In this document: one piece after another, positions 9,023 through 18,829 of the stretch | Numbering within the stretch: position 1 is the first letter of the stretch | Layout: each line of letters opens with the position of its first letter | From: an uncultured delta proteobacterium | Lineage (GTDB): Bacteria > Myxococcota > B64-G9 | DNA length: 64,000 bases | Direction: 5' to 3' | Assembly: GCA_963754925.1 (NCBI GenBank) | Contig: CAVWHX010000003.1 | Span: forward strand, 416,001-480,000 | Translations under genes and position numbers: made by a program | The notes under the pieces: model-generated | Database searches by the model: none | What the model was told of the DNA's origin: nothing | What the model saw: the letters and a program-made list of their open reading frames with translations, nothing else

Positions 9023-10723
9023 CTAGGCCGGCAATTTCCAGTTCTGTGAGTCAAAGTCGACGCCGCTTTTTAGCCGAGTCATTCCCGCGAGCTGCCCGAG
9101 CGCTTTGTTACAGCGCCCGGTCACGAAGGGCTCGATGCCATCCACACGAATTCCGACCAATGGCCCTTGGTTAGCCGAAAGCGTCTCGTTAAGCACCGCA
9201 GCGTGATAGATTTGATCGTTGGACCACGGACGACCCGTGTTCGGTTTGCCGTACGGGGTACCGGATTCCAGATACACGGATTGCTCAAGAACCTTCCATT
9301 GTGATGCTTGGTAGGCACGAACGTGATCGAGGTTGAAATGCTTGTTTACAAACCACTCCACAAAATCGAGATAGTAGGCCTGAAACGTCGAGTTGGCGAG
9401 CATTTTGGTAATCAGCGGTACATCCCCGACTTCAGTATCGCGGAAAAGAATATCTTTATCCTGCCAGGCGCGCTTTTGGCCGGGCCAACTGAGCCCAAGC
9501 ACGCTATCGATATCGTAGGGAAAAAATGTCGCACATGGCAGAATATCCGGGGAATCATCAACCGCCAAATGGAGATAATAATTTTGACTATTGAGATAGT
9601 AGGTGTCCCACGAACCGAGTAGGTTTATGACCGCCATGGTTCTCAAGAATTGTTCAGCATCAAGGATCATACGCACGGTATCGACAAAGGCGGCGCTCGC
9701 GGGGTCTCTTGAATGGAAGGCCGTGATAAAGCGAGCTAGGGCATCGTAGTCGCTATCGTGCGTGTCAAGCCATGGTTCATACGAACGGCCATCGGGACGG
9801 GAGTTGGGGGTAAAATAGTCGGCTCCGCGTTTTCCGCGAAGCGCCAGGGGCGCGCCGCCGGGGAGGTCGCCGTACTGGCCTTTGAATATGGCGCGATGCT
9901 TGACGCCGGGAAGAAGTTTGTTGAAATGGTACTCGTCAACGGGCGGCAGGGCTACATACGTTCCGTAATAGGCGCCGTTTAACGTGAGCTCGGAGTAGAT
10001 ACTCGGCCGAAACGGGCAGCCAGCCAAACCCAGGAAATCAAAGGCCAGCCGGACCCGTTGGTACGAGGGGTCGCGAATACTGTTGAGCAGGCACAGGTGC
10101 CGCGGAATCCCGGCCTTTTCATCACGGTCAAGATAGACGGAAACATTGACTTTCGCATCGCGCCGACTCGTATTACCCCGGCGCTTCACCGAGACCTGCT
10201 CTCCTCGTTCGATAATAATTACGCCGTTGTCCAGATCCGGCTGTTTCGGCACGTTGAGCGACGGCGTCGTTTCGAACACCCGTACGGTCGCGCCCGCGCT
10301 TCCCTGGGCTCGCAGCGGCTCGCCGGAAGCATCGTCTTGCCAGAGCGTTTTGAGATCCACCCCGTCAATCTGAACAACCAAAATCGTGGCTCCCCGTGCC
10401 CCAAGACCCTCAAACAAGGTGGTCCGATCAGCCGTCGCCTTTTGCCACTGAGCCACCACCGATCCAGCGGTCGTCAACGCACCATCGCTGGCATCCCGAA
10501 AACGGATCGTTCCGTCCGCGGAAGAACCGGGCAGTTGCCGAAGCGTTTCCGCCGCCCTTTCAAATTCCGACGCTCCTCGCAAGTATGAATCCGAATTGGA
10601 GGGATCAGCCGCCTGTTCGGCGATCTGCCGCGCCCTTGAGCCCTGGGGCAGCGCGCGTATGAATACCAAACCCAGAAGATCTCTTAGGTCCTTCGACGTC
10701 CCTGTGTCTGGAATGCGATTCAT
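9023..10723 (-). CDS. CotH-family atypical kinase
   Basis: KRRGNTS..K, NSIRDPSYQR, LNGAYYGTY, GSWDTYY..SQNYYL, FPYDIDSVLG match the CotH kinase motif order. Confidence 0.8.
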   Translation of the reverse strand: MNRIPDTGTSKDLRDLLGLVFIRALPQGSRARQIAEQAADPSNSDSYLRGASEFERAAETLRQLPGSSADGTIRFRDASDGALTTAGSVVAQWQKATADRTTLFEGLGARGATILVVQIDGVDLKTLWQDDASGEPLRAQGSAGATVRVFETTPSLNVPKQPDLDNGVIIIERGEQVSVKRRGNTSRRDAKVNVSVYLDRDEKAGIPRHLCLLNSIRDPSYQRVRLAFDFLGLAGCPFRPSIYSELTLNGAYYGTYVALPPVDEYHFNKLLPGVKHRAIFKGQYGDLPGGAPLALRGKRGADYFTPNSRPDGRSYEPWLDTHDSDYDALARFITAFHSRDPASAAFVDTVRMILDAEQFLRTMAVINLLGSWDTYYLNSQNYYLHLAVDDSPDILPCATFFPYDIDSVLGLSWPGQKRAWQDKDILFRDTEVGDVPLITKMLANSTFQAYYLDFVEWFVNKHFNLDHVRAYQASQWKVLEQSVYLESGTPYGKPNTGRPWSNDQIYHAAVLNETLSANQGPLVGIRVDGIEPFVTGRCNKALGQLAGMTRLKSGVDFDSQNWKLPA

Positions 10724-10810
10724 GATCGTCTCCTTCCAACTGAGTTTCCGGCGGCCAGCCGGGAGTCTTTTGGGGTCCGTTACCGTTAGGCCTCGATATG
10801 AATGCCTGCG

Positions 10811-11380
10811 TCAGATGAGACCCGCGTCACCGGCAAGCAATGCCTGTCTAATTTCCCGGAAACTGTATTTTCCGTCGATCAAGCGATCAAAGACCCACAC
10901 CAGATCGAACCGTTCGTCCGCCCAGACCTTCGTTTGCGGAATGCTCCCGCCGGGAATGGCGGCTGCGATGGCAGGAATCAGCTCATGCTGCCACGAGATC
11001 AACACCGTCCCGGATTTTGTTAGAACGTCTTTGCAGAGACTGTTTTCCTGGCCTTTCGACCAATCCAGGAATATCGTGACACCTAACCGCAGAGCCAGCG
11101 GCTCTATCGTTTCCTTGGGTCTGCGACTTTTGCTGCCGAGGTGATCTGCTTTTTCAGGGTCTGCCGCATAGAGGTGCCGAGGAACGGAAAGCCCGCGACT
11201 AGGGGCGATATCGGCGGAGCCGAATAACAGGCTCAATGCGCCGGCCCGTTGCCAACCACGCACCGACAGCGATTCCTCGCTCTTAGAACCGTCTGATTTC
11301 ACGCCGCCGCGTTCGTCTTTTTCACTATGACTAGGCTTCTCTGCGTGCCGGATTATCATCACTCGTTCTGGTTGAGACAT
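10811..11380 (-). CDS. Histidine phosphatase (phosphoglycerate mutase-like) family protein
   Basis: IIRHAEKP, LSVRGWQRA, SRRPKETI, VLISWQH catalytic pattern. Confidence 0.8.
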   Translation of the reverse strand: MSQPERVMIIRHAEKPSHSEKDERGGVKSDGSKSEESLSVRGWQRAGALSLLFGSADIAPSRGLSVPRHLYAADPEKADHLGSKSRRPKETIEPLALRLGVTIFLDWSKGQENSLCKDVLTKSGTVLISWQHELIPAIAAAIPGGSIPQTKVWADERFDLVWVFDRLIDGKYSFREIRQALLAGDAGLI

Positions 11381-11737
11381 TTTTCTTCTCCCCAAACGGT
11401 TACCCCATGGGAAACCCTTAGCGGACCGCGAACATCGGTTCGTTGTCTCGCTTCCTTAACGAGAGGTACCGTATGAGCAACGAGAAAGAACTTTTTTCGT
11501 ACTTCCCGCCAGCGGTAAACTCACCGGACCACAAAATGTAAGTCCGTGCATTCGATTGTCAAACGAAGCCGCCCGGATATGTTGTTCTAAGAAAAAATCC
11601 AGATTGGCAAGCAACCCATTCATAGATCCCGAAAGGTTCTTATTACTTGACGCGCCAATGGGTCAACTAACTATCTGTAATTCAAGCACATTGTTAAACT
11701 AGGGGATGGGGCAGAGGGAACAGAATACTAGTCTGTT

Positions 11738-12439
11738 TCACCAGCGGTCAAAATAGGTGAGTATCGATTTCATAACGTTGTTGATTCTCTCAAAGCGATT
11801 ATTGTCTCTCAATAACTCATGTTCAGATTGAACCCAGGTTCCCGGCACGAGATCGCTTCGGCAGTTCTCGACGAGGGCTTGGGCGGATTCGACCGTGGTT
11901 TCCAGGTGAAATTGCAGGCCCAACACCCGATCGCCGACTGTGAATGCTTGGCGCTCGCATGCTTCGCTGCGCACCAGATGAATGGCGTTCGGAGGCAACT
12001 CAAACGTCTCGCCATGCCAATGAAAGACTTCGAGTGACGGTGGAAAAAGAGACGCCAACGGCGAAAACCCACCGCCATCTATCCTATTGATTTTGAACCA
12101 TCCGATCTCGCGTTCTTTGTTCGCATAAACTTTTGCCCCGAGCGCGCTCGCAATGAGCTGGGCCCCAAGGCATACGCCGAGCACAACCTTACCGGAATCA
12201 ATGGCCCGCCGTATAAATTGTTTTTCTTGGTTGAGCCATGGGTGGTTGTGTTCATCGTTCACACTCATCGGGCCGCCAATGGCGATGAGCCAGTCAACCT
12301 CAGACATATCCGGAAATCGTGGTTCTTGGTAGAGCCTGGTGGAGGTGATCGCCGCCGCCCGAGTATCAAGCCACGTCTGAATGCTGCCGAGACCCTCAAA
12401 AGGTACGTGTTGGAGAAAATGGACTCTCACGTTTGTCAT
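11738..12439 (-). CDS. Type 1 glutamine amidotransferase (GMP synthase-like)
   Basis: LQHVPFEGLG, GGPMSVND, LGVCLGAQL, WHGETF, LQFHLE. Start could be 12454. Confidence 0.9.
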   Translation of the reverse strand: MTNVRVHFLQHVPFEGLGSIQTWLDTRAAAITSTRLYQEPRFPDMSEVDWLIAIGGPMSVNDEHNHPWLNQEKQFIRRAIDSGKVVLGVCLGAQLIASALGAKVYANKEREIGWFKINRIDGGGFSPLASLFPPSLEVFHWHGETFELPPNAIHLVRSEACERQAFTVGDRVLGLQFHLETTVESAQALVENCRSDLVPGTWVQSEHELLRDNNRFERINNVMKSILTYFDRW

Positions 12440-12480
12440 CCGTGCCAAGAACAAGGCGCCCGGCTGCGCTTCTTGTTCCC

Positions 12481-12912
12481 CTACTTAGCGGGTGTCAGCT
12501 GCGACGTGCAATGGCCGCATTTTATTGCTTTGATCGGGATCGCTGTAGCGCAGAACGGACACTCCTTGGTCGTCACCGGTGCTGGTTTCCGCAACTTATT
12601 AAATTGGCGGACCAAAATGAAGACAACTAAGGCAACGATCAGAAAGTCAATTACCGTATTGACGAATAAACCATAATTCAACGTTGCGGCCCCCACCTTT
12701 TTCGCCTCCGCCAGCGATTCGACCGATTGCCCCGAGAGGTTAACAAAGAGGTTGGAGAAGTCCACTTTCCCAAGCAGTAGGCCGATGGGCGGCATAAGAA
12801 TGTCGCTGACGATCGAAGTTATTACCTTGCCAAACGCCGCACCGATGATGATACCGACCGCCATATCGATCATATTGCCCTTCATCGCAAATTCTTTGAA
12901 TTCCTTAAGCAT
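12481..12912 (-). CDS. mscL: Large-conductance mechanosensitive channel with C-terminal CxxC..CxxC tail
   Basis: [31 protein letters not shown]; tail KECPFC...IKCGHC. Confidence 0.97.
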   Translation of the reverse strand: MLKEFKEFAMKGNMIDMAVGIIIGAAFGKVITSIVSDILMPPIGLLLGKVDFSNLFVNLSGQSVESLAEAKKVGAATLNYGLFVNTVIDFLIVALVVFILVRQFNKLRKPAPVTTKECPFCATAIPIKAIKCGHCTSQLTPAK

Positions 12913-13054
12913 GAGCCACGCTCCTTTCCCAAATGAACTTGACGTCCCTACGTATGGAACTACTTGTCAGCCACCCGCTGTGTCAATTAATCTCTTTTGC
13001 CTTGAAGGCGCATACTATTCCATTCTTTTAATACCGACACAAGAGTAAAGATAG

Positions 13055-13081
13055 GGTAATGTCTCAGTTTGAGGCTTACGG
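13055..13081 (+). repeat. Solo copy of the MITE terminal repeat
   Basis: GGTAATGTCTCAGTTTGAGGCTTACGG; 21 nt (GTCTCAGTTTGAGGCTTACGG) identical to the reverse complement of the MITE right end (27661-27694). Confidence 0.8.
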
Positions 13082-13096
13082 CAACAGTGGTGGTAC

Positions 13097-13834
13097 ATGA
13101 CGGTTAAAGCCATTCTCTTCGACTACGGTAACACGCTTATATCCACCAGGCTGGACTGGAATCAGGTTCTCAGAGAAAATATCGGTAATCTGATACGCAC
13201 CATAACAACCACACTTCCGACCGTCGATACGATACAATTAGTGCAAGACTTTCTGTTTTTACGGGCGATCGGCAAGCAGCGAGCAACCTATGAGTGGATT
13301 GAGACAACCGCAGAAACCTCGCTTGCCCAGGCGCTTGCTCTCCAGGGATTGTCGGCGGTGGAGCCTCGGATTATTCAACAAGGGGTAGATGCTTTTTTTG
13401 CCCCCGAGGAGCGACTCTATGCGCCGGTCAAGGACGTACCCGAAATGCTCAATACACTATGCTCCGCAGGCCTCAAGCTTGCGTTGGTGAGCAACGCCAC
13501 CTCCGGCCGGCTCATTCGCCGCTCGCTTTCGAAGGCTCTGCTTGCCCCGTACTTCGATCAGGTAGTGGTCTCAGCCGATCTGGGGATTTGTAAACCCAAT
13601 CCGGCGATTTTCACGCATGTTGTGCATGCGCTGCAGGTGGAATCGGCGAGCGCCATCATGGTCGGCGATCGGTTGGATACCGACATCGCTGGAGCGCATG
13701 CCGCCGGGATTCGTTCGGTGCTTGCAAACTTTTTCGACGATAAAGCCAGCGTGCGCCCCGATGACCCTCAACCAGATGCCGTAATCAACACTCCTCATGA
13801 GCTCGTTGAGTTAATACTCGCCGAGATGCGTTGA
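13097..13834 (+). CDS. HAD-superfamily hydrolase
   Basis: ILFDYGNTL, VSNA, KPNPAIF, MVGDRLDTDI.GA. Confidence 0.92.
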   Translation: MTVKAILFDYGNTLISTRLDWNQVLRENIGNLIRTITTTLPTVDTIQLVQDFLFLRAIGKQRATYEWIETTAETSLAQALALQGLSAVEPRIIQQGVDAFFAPEERLYAPVKDVPEMLNTLCSAGLKLALVSNATSGRLIRRSLSKALLAPYFDQVVVSADLGICKPNPAIFTHVVHALQVESASAIMVGDRLDTDIAGAHAAGIRSVLANFFDDKASVRPDDPQPDAVINTPHELVELILAEMR

Positions 13835-13850
13835 ACAGTCGTCAATAAGA

Positions 13851-13980
13851 GTCATTCCCGCGGAAGCAGGAATCCCAGCAATAGCCAATTTAGATCCCCG
13901 CCTTCGCGAGGATGACTAATTAACGATGTGTCATTCCCGCGTAAGCGGGAATCCAGGAGATGGACAATCTGGATCCCCTC
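13851..13980. repeat. Cluster of GTCATTCCCGC-N4-GCGGGAATCC palindromic (REP/dRS3-like) units
   Basis: Units at 13851-13875 and 13930-13954, inverted unit at 13893-13916, partial unit near 13970; between convergent HAD genes. Confidence 0.8.
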
Positions 13981-14018
13981 TTTAGAGATTGTGGCGAGCG
14001 AAACGAAGCTAGAGGTAA

Positions 14019-14687
14019 TTAAAAATGAATACGAGCAGTCCAGCTCTCCGGACCGTACAGGTCAGGGATTACCAGATCGGCCCCGCAACTCAGTAACGTA
14101 GACTGATCAAACCGACCCGAGGCAACCCCCACCGCAAACGTCGATGCCGCGTGTGCCGCTTCAATATCGCGAGGGGTATCACCGATAACAACCGCCTCTA
14201 TCGGTTCGCTACCGGCATGAAAGCGCGCCCGCCGAATGGCCATCCGGACAATCTCTACGCGCGCCTCCGCATCCGATCCGAATCCGCCGAACTGGAAGAA
14301 ACGGTTAAGATCTCCGCGCGCAAGCTTGATCGCAGCGCCCCGTTCAAGGTTCCCGGTCGCCAGTCCACATAACACCCCGCCGTGGCCCCCGATGAAGGCG
14401 AGGCTCTCGCGCACGCCAGCCAAGACCTGGTACTGCGTGCGGGCGATCTCCTCGGGCAGATAAGCGAGATACCGATCGAGCACGGCGGCAATGTTTTCAG
14501 CGCTATCCAACCCTCGGGGGGATAGCACGGCGCGAACAATGGCTGGATCGGTCATCCCGCTGCAATCAATCCGGCTCACGCCATCCGCCATGCCGAAGAG
14601 ATCAAAAATAGCCCGGTCGAGGGCCCGAACTCCCGCGGGGAAGGAAGAAATCAAGGTGCCATCAATATCGAACAGATACGCACGCAC
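14019..14687 (-). CDS. HAD-superfamily hydrolase (phosphoglycolate phosphatase-like)
   Basis: YLFDIDGTL, G.TD, LATGN...A.IKL, GGFGSD, VIGDTPRDI. Confidence 0.92.
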   Translation of the reverse strand: MRAYLFDIDGTLISSFPAGVRALDRAIFDLFGMADGVSRIDCSGMTDPAIVRAVLSPRGLDSAENIAAVLDRYLAYLPEEIARTQYQVLAGVRESLAFIGGHGGVLCGLATGNLERGAAIKLARGDLNRFFQFGGFGSDAEARVEIVRMAIRRARFHAGSEPIEAVVIGDTPRDIEAAHAASTFAVGVASGRFDQSTLLSCGADLVIPDLYGPESWTARIHF

Positions 14688-14720
14688 TCAAAACCTGCCG
14701 AAGAGGTTAAGGGGTCCTAT

Positions 14721-15470
14721 CTAGCGGGTATCGACATCGTCACCGTTTGTTGGTGAAACTGTTTGAGGTTCCCTGCGCTTTGCGACCGCCGACAGCTCCA
14801 GAAAGACATCGGCTGCCGTCCTCTCGTTGTTTTTCAGGGCGCTCTCAAGCATCTTGAGCCACTCCTGATCCTGTTGCAATCGAACCGTGTGGGTCGGCTC
14901 TCCACCCCCCATCGGTCGCTGCAGCAAGGTAAGGAGGAGGCGATCCGTAGCATACACCAGCGCAAACCACTGCTGCGGAGGTGTACCGTCATCAGCCACC
15001 ATCAGAACGGTCTTGCCGAAGTTGAGCAACGGCGGCACTACCTGCGCGGCTTCCACCAGAGCAAGCTCATCGCTGACATAGAGATCTGACAACCAGGCGT
15101 CCATTAACCGTGGAATCTCAGGATCGATACGCGCGACACCTTCGCGAATGATCGCGGCCGAAATGGCATTCTGTGTGCGTATCAGGAGAGCCGCCGCATT
15201 CGTGCGCATAGCGGCTTCCCCGGCTGCGCGCACCCCCTCCCGACAAGCATCCCCCAAGGTACGCATGGCAGCCGGAGCGTGCAACAGCAACGCCGGGTAG
15301 TGGCTGACAAAGGTTTCGATCCTGCCAAGCAGCGTTTCCCATGAGCGCGGTGAAACCAGAAGCTCGCGATCCAGCGCATCCGCCTCGGCCAAAACCGCCT
15401 GACCCGGAGAGTGGGCGCACACAGCCTGGACTATCGGCCCACGAGATGTACTTTTGTCACAGGTCACCAT
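14721..15470 (-). CDS. Hypothetical helical protein downstream of pheT
   Basis: Long ORF filling the gap between pheT (stop 15472) and the HAD gene; no recognisable motif; start uncertain. Confidence 0.55.
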   Translation of the reverse strand: MVTCDKSTSRGPIVQAVCAHSPGQAVLAEADALDRELLVSPRSWETLLGRIETFVSHYPALLLHAPAAMRTLGDACREGVRAAGEAAMRTNAAALLIRTQNAISAAIIREGVARIDPEIPRLMDAWLSDLYVSDELALVEAAQVVPPLLNFGKTVLMVADDGTPPQQWFALVYATDRLLLTLLQRPMGGGEPTHTVRLQQDQEWLKMLESALKNNERTAADVFLELSAVAKRREPQTVSPTNGDDVDTR

Positions 15471-15471
15471 G

Positions 15472-17142
15472 TTACATGAGCGCCCCGAGAACAATTTCGA
15501 AAGCCGCCGCCGGAGTGCTCAGTTGCCAGCGCGTCAATACCTCGGGATGCAGCTCACCCAGCAATCCTGCCGGCTTTCCCCCGACGTGAATCTCGGCTGA
15601 CCGTCCGGGCAGGAACCACGGGTGGGTACATTCCTTCAGCGCAGGGGTGAGTTTCAATTGGTAGAGTAAATATTCCAAATCGGAATAGGCCTCGGCCAAG
15701 CTCGCGCCGCGATGGCAGGAGAGCGCGCCCAAGTGCAATTCGGTGCGCGAACCATGACTGGCCGTACGGTCGAAGATCGCCACATCGCCGGTTTCGAATA
15801 GTCGATGCGGGTACGCGGCGGTGGGGCTGTGCGACTCGATTCGGAGCAAGCTGGGCAGGATCGCATCGCGGAGGGCGTTGTAGTTTTCATTCATAACGTT
15901 AGCGACTTCCACCAATGGTTGACCTTCGGTGTTCATGCGTTCGCGCACATCCGAACGCGCCACGAGGATGTTCGAGATGGTCTCCTCGTAGCCCATGCCC
16001 ACCAGGTGGTCGCGCACTTTGTCCTCGCAGTGGCTCAGCGAATCCGAGCGCCCGGGGGTGAAATCTCGCGGCATGCGCGGCTCGAAGGTGCTGTAACCTC
16101 GAGCAATGGCAAAATCCTCGACGGCGTCGACGGCGTGCAGGTAATCCAAACGGGTCGGCGGCGGCTGGATGCGGAGCCGCTCGGCGTCGGTACGCACCTC
16201 ACAACCATAGCATTCCAAAACGCGATCAACTTCGATTGAATTGACCGAGATCCCCAGCAACCTGCCAAACTCGGCCACCGGGAGCGTGAGCTCTTGCGGC
16301 AAGCGGCAGGGAACTTCAACTCGATTGCCCACAGGCGTGTCAAAGGGGAAAACGCTCTGCACCCGCTCGATTCGACCGCCGCGGTCGGCGAGATCACAGG
16401 CCATAATGTTGAGTGACAGGATGATTTGATAGAGATTGGTACCCGTGGCCTCAACGAAGAGGTCGCAATCACCCGGGACAACCTCTCCCACCTCCCGCGA
16501 GTTTATGATCGGCGGCATTGAAAGGGTCAATCCACTGCTATCGGTCAGCAACGGTACCAGGTCATGACCTCTAAGGATTTCGCGGTACTCAATACCCTTG
16601 GGATGACGCTCCAGGATCTCCTGCAGGCTGAGAGCCTCCTCGAACCCGAGCGGCACGTACCGATGTTTCCCCGGGTCAACCGCCTGGTAGTTGATGGGAA
16701 ACGTTATTTTCTTGAAATTGTACACCCCGATTGCCACATCGCGGCGCTTGCGGCCGTAGTTCTCCGCCAATTTTTCCTGGCTTTGAATGATCTGAGCCAA
16801 CGAGCGATCGGTCACCCGAAGCCCGCGCACGACAAACGCCGCAACATAGGGCCGAATGTGGCGCAATCGCTCATCGACGTGAATCTCCCCAATTGACCGT
16901 CCGTTGAAGAACGGGTAATCCCGACGTCGGCCGGTCACCGCTCGCAACTGTCGGGCGATGCCGCCGACCGACCATAGATCCGGCCGATTGGTATCGTTGA
17001 GCTCAATTCTCCAGCGGCCGTCCGGATCGGTGCCCCGAAACTCGCCTTTCACCAGATCGATCAGCTCACCCAGCGCGCGTTCATCCAGCGGCGCGCCATA
17101 CAACTCGGCAAAATCCTGCGGGTCGACCCAGATCGTCGGCAT
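15472..17142 (-). CDS. pheT: Phenylalanyl-tRNA synthetase beta subunit, archaeal/eukaryote-type (556 aa)
   Basis: MPTI start, ELNDTNRPDLWS, IRPYVAAFV, SMPPIINS, PPTRLDYLHAVD..EDFAIARGY; lacks the bacterial B2 and B8 domains. Confidence 0.93.
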   Translation of the reverse strand: MPTIWVDPQDFAELYGAPLDERALGELIDLVKGEFRGTDPDGRWRIELNDTNRPDLWSVGGIARQLRAVTGRRRDYPFFNGRSIGEIHVDERLRHIRPYVAAFVVRGLRVTDRSLAQIIQSQEKLAENYGRKRRDVAIGVYNFKKITFPINYQAVDPGKHRYVPLGFEEALSLQEILERHPKGIEYREILRGHDLVPLLTDSSGLTLSMPPIINSREVGEVVPGDCDLFVEATGTNLYQIILSLNIMACDLADRGGRIERVQSVFPFDTPVGNRVEVPCRLPQELTLPVAEFGRLLGISVNSIEVDRVLECYGCEVRTDAERLRIQPPPTRLDYLHAVDAVEDFAIARGYSTFEPRMPRDFTPGRSDSLSHCEDKVRDHLVGMGYEETISNILVARSDVRERMNTEGQPLVEVANVMNENYNALRDAILPSLLRIESHSPTAAYPHRLFETGDVAIFDRTASHGSRTELHLGALSCHRGASLAEAYSDLEYLLYQLKLTPALKECTHPWFLPGRSAEIHVGGKPAGLLGELHPEVLTRWQLSTPAAAFEIVLGALM

Positions 17143-17146
17143 GGAA

Positions 17147-18709
17147 TCAATCCCTTACCCATACGCGGGTGTTGCGGATTTGGTTGAGGTCTACCGAAAA
17201 CAGCTCGCGAATATCCTTGATCCCCAGCGCCATCATGGCCATGCGGTCAAGCCCAAGACCCCAGGCTATCACCGGAACCTTGACGCCCTGAGGAACGGTC
17301 ACCTCCGGCCGGAAGATCCCGGCGCCGCCCAACTCCATCCAGCCTACTTCCGGATGACGAATGTGCACTTCGACCGACGGTTCGGTGAACGGGAAATACG
17401 CCGGGGCAAAGCGAACTTCTTTGGCCTGTGCCACCTCTTCGGCAAACAGCCGCAACAGGCCGAGCAAGGTCACGAAATCGATCTGCTCACCTAACACAAT
17501 CCCTTCGCACTGGAAAAAATCCGGCGCATGGGTGGCGTCAACTTGATCGTAACGGAAACAACGCGCGATCGCGAAGTATTTGCCCGGCACCGAAGCCCGC
17601 TGGAGCCAGCGCGCCGAAAGGACGGTGCCCTGACTGCGCAGCACCAGACGCCGCGCTCGGGTGCTGTCGAAGGTGTATCCCCAGCCCCGACTGCCGGTGT
17701 TATAGCCATTCGCGTGCGCGGACGCCACGCGAGAAGCAAAGGGTTCATCGAGCTTATCCGCGTGGGTCGGCTCCTTGACAAAATAGACATCGTGGATGTC
17801 GCGGGCGGCGTGGAACTGCGGCATAAAGAGCGCATCCATGTTCCAAAACTCGGTCTCGACCAGCTCGCCCCGCATTTCCTCAAAGCCAAGCCCGATCAGA
17901 GTCCGGCGCACAAAGTCTAAAAACTCGCGGTAGGGATGCCGCCGGCCGGCCACCCGCCGTGGCGGCTTAATGTCAAGGCTATAGCGCCTAAACGTCTTGT
18001 CACGCCAGCTACCGTCCGCGAGCATCTCGGGGGTGAGCTCGTTGAGCTCGTCGCTCCGTCGGCCCAGGTGGTGGACGGCTTCGCGCACGGCGAGGCCGAG
18101 CTCGGTGAAACGCAGCCGACGAGTGGTGTCGGCGCCGATTCGAAAGATTCCTTTGGACTTGCCGCGTTTGCGGCTTGCGCTTTCGATGCGCTCGCGATCG
18201 GCTTCCGTGAGCGAGTCTAAGGACATCCGCCCCGCGTCGCCGACCGCACGGATGAGCGCCCCAAGCTCTTCGATGGGCGCGCAATTGGCCTGCTCGACCA
18301 GTTTCATACTGGACGGCGGGCTTGCCGCCACTATCCCGTGAGCCTTGAGCACACCGAGGGCCGCCCCGGCCTCGCGCGGGTCAAGACCAGGCAGTTTCTG
18401 GAGCTCGGCAACGGGCGCCTCCCCTACCTCGCGCAGCTTCGCCACCAAACGCAGTTCGGGCGTGCCTTTGCTGTAGCTTTGCCCCAGTTCGGTCAACTCA
18501 ACCCACTTACGCTCGACCGTCTCAGCTATGGCTAAACACTCTTTAGCAATCTGCCACTCGATCACCGTTCGCAGTTGGGCGTCGTTCATCTGCCCACGGT
18601 CGACCAGTTCCTGGTCGGTGAACTCGGTGCGCTCGGCGCTTATTTCCAATACTCGGATTTCTAGCGGGTGCAAACTCGCAGCAATTTCTTGCGCTCTCGT
18701 GGTCGACAT
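17147..18709 (-). CDS. pheS: Phenylalanyl-tRNA synthetase alpha subunit, archaeal/eukaryote-type (520 aa)
   Basis: FWNMDALFMPQFHAARD, CFRYDQVDATH..DFFQCEG, YFPFTEPSVE, AWGLGLDR; long N-terminal region with LTELG repeats. Confidence 0.95.
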   Translation of the reverse strand: MSTTRAQEIAASLHPLEIRVLEISAERTEFTDQELVDRGQMNDAQLRTVIEWQIAKECLAIAETVERKWVELTELGQSYSKGTPELRLVAKLREVGEAPVAELQKLPGLDPREAGAALGVLKAHGIVAASPPSSMKLVEQANCAPIEELGALIRAVGDAGRMSLDSLTEADRERIESASRKRGKSKGIFRIGADTTRRLRFTELGLAVREAVHHLGRRSDELNELTPEMLADGSWRDKTFRRYSLDIKPPRRVAGRRHPYREFLDFVRRTLIGLGFEEMRGELVETEFWNMDALFMPQFHAARDIHDVYFVKEPTHADKLDEPFASRVASAHANGYNTGSRGWGYTFDSTRARRLVLRSQGTVLSARWLQRASVPGKYFAIARCFRYDQVDATHAPDFFQCEGIVLGEQIDFVTLLGLLRLFAEEVAQAKEVRFAPAYFPFTEPSVEVHIRHPEVGWMELGGAGIFRPEVTVPQGVKVPVIAWGLGLDRMAMMALGIKDIRELFSVDLNQIRNTRVWVRD

Positions 18710-18829
18710 CTCTCATCACCTATAGAAATAAATAAAACGGCTCGCCCGCCCGGTGCCAAACTACTCGGACTACAAGCTGATGCTGTCTAACACATCGGCC
18801 CGGCGGAGTCAAAAGGGGGTTTTTGCCGC

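Noticed and set aside
8890..11740. tRNA-Arg-anchored island with a direct repeat
   Set aside because: No duplicate of the tRNA 3' end and no integrase found by eye, so island status of the CotH pair is unproven.
13851..13980. CRISPR array
   Set aside because: Units alternate in orientation, spacers are short and irregular, and no cas genes are present.
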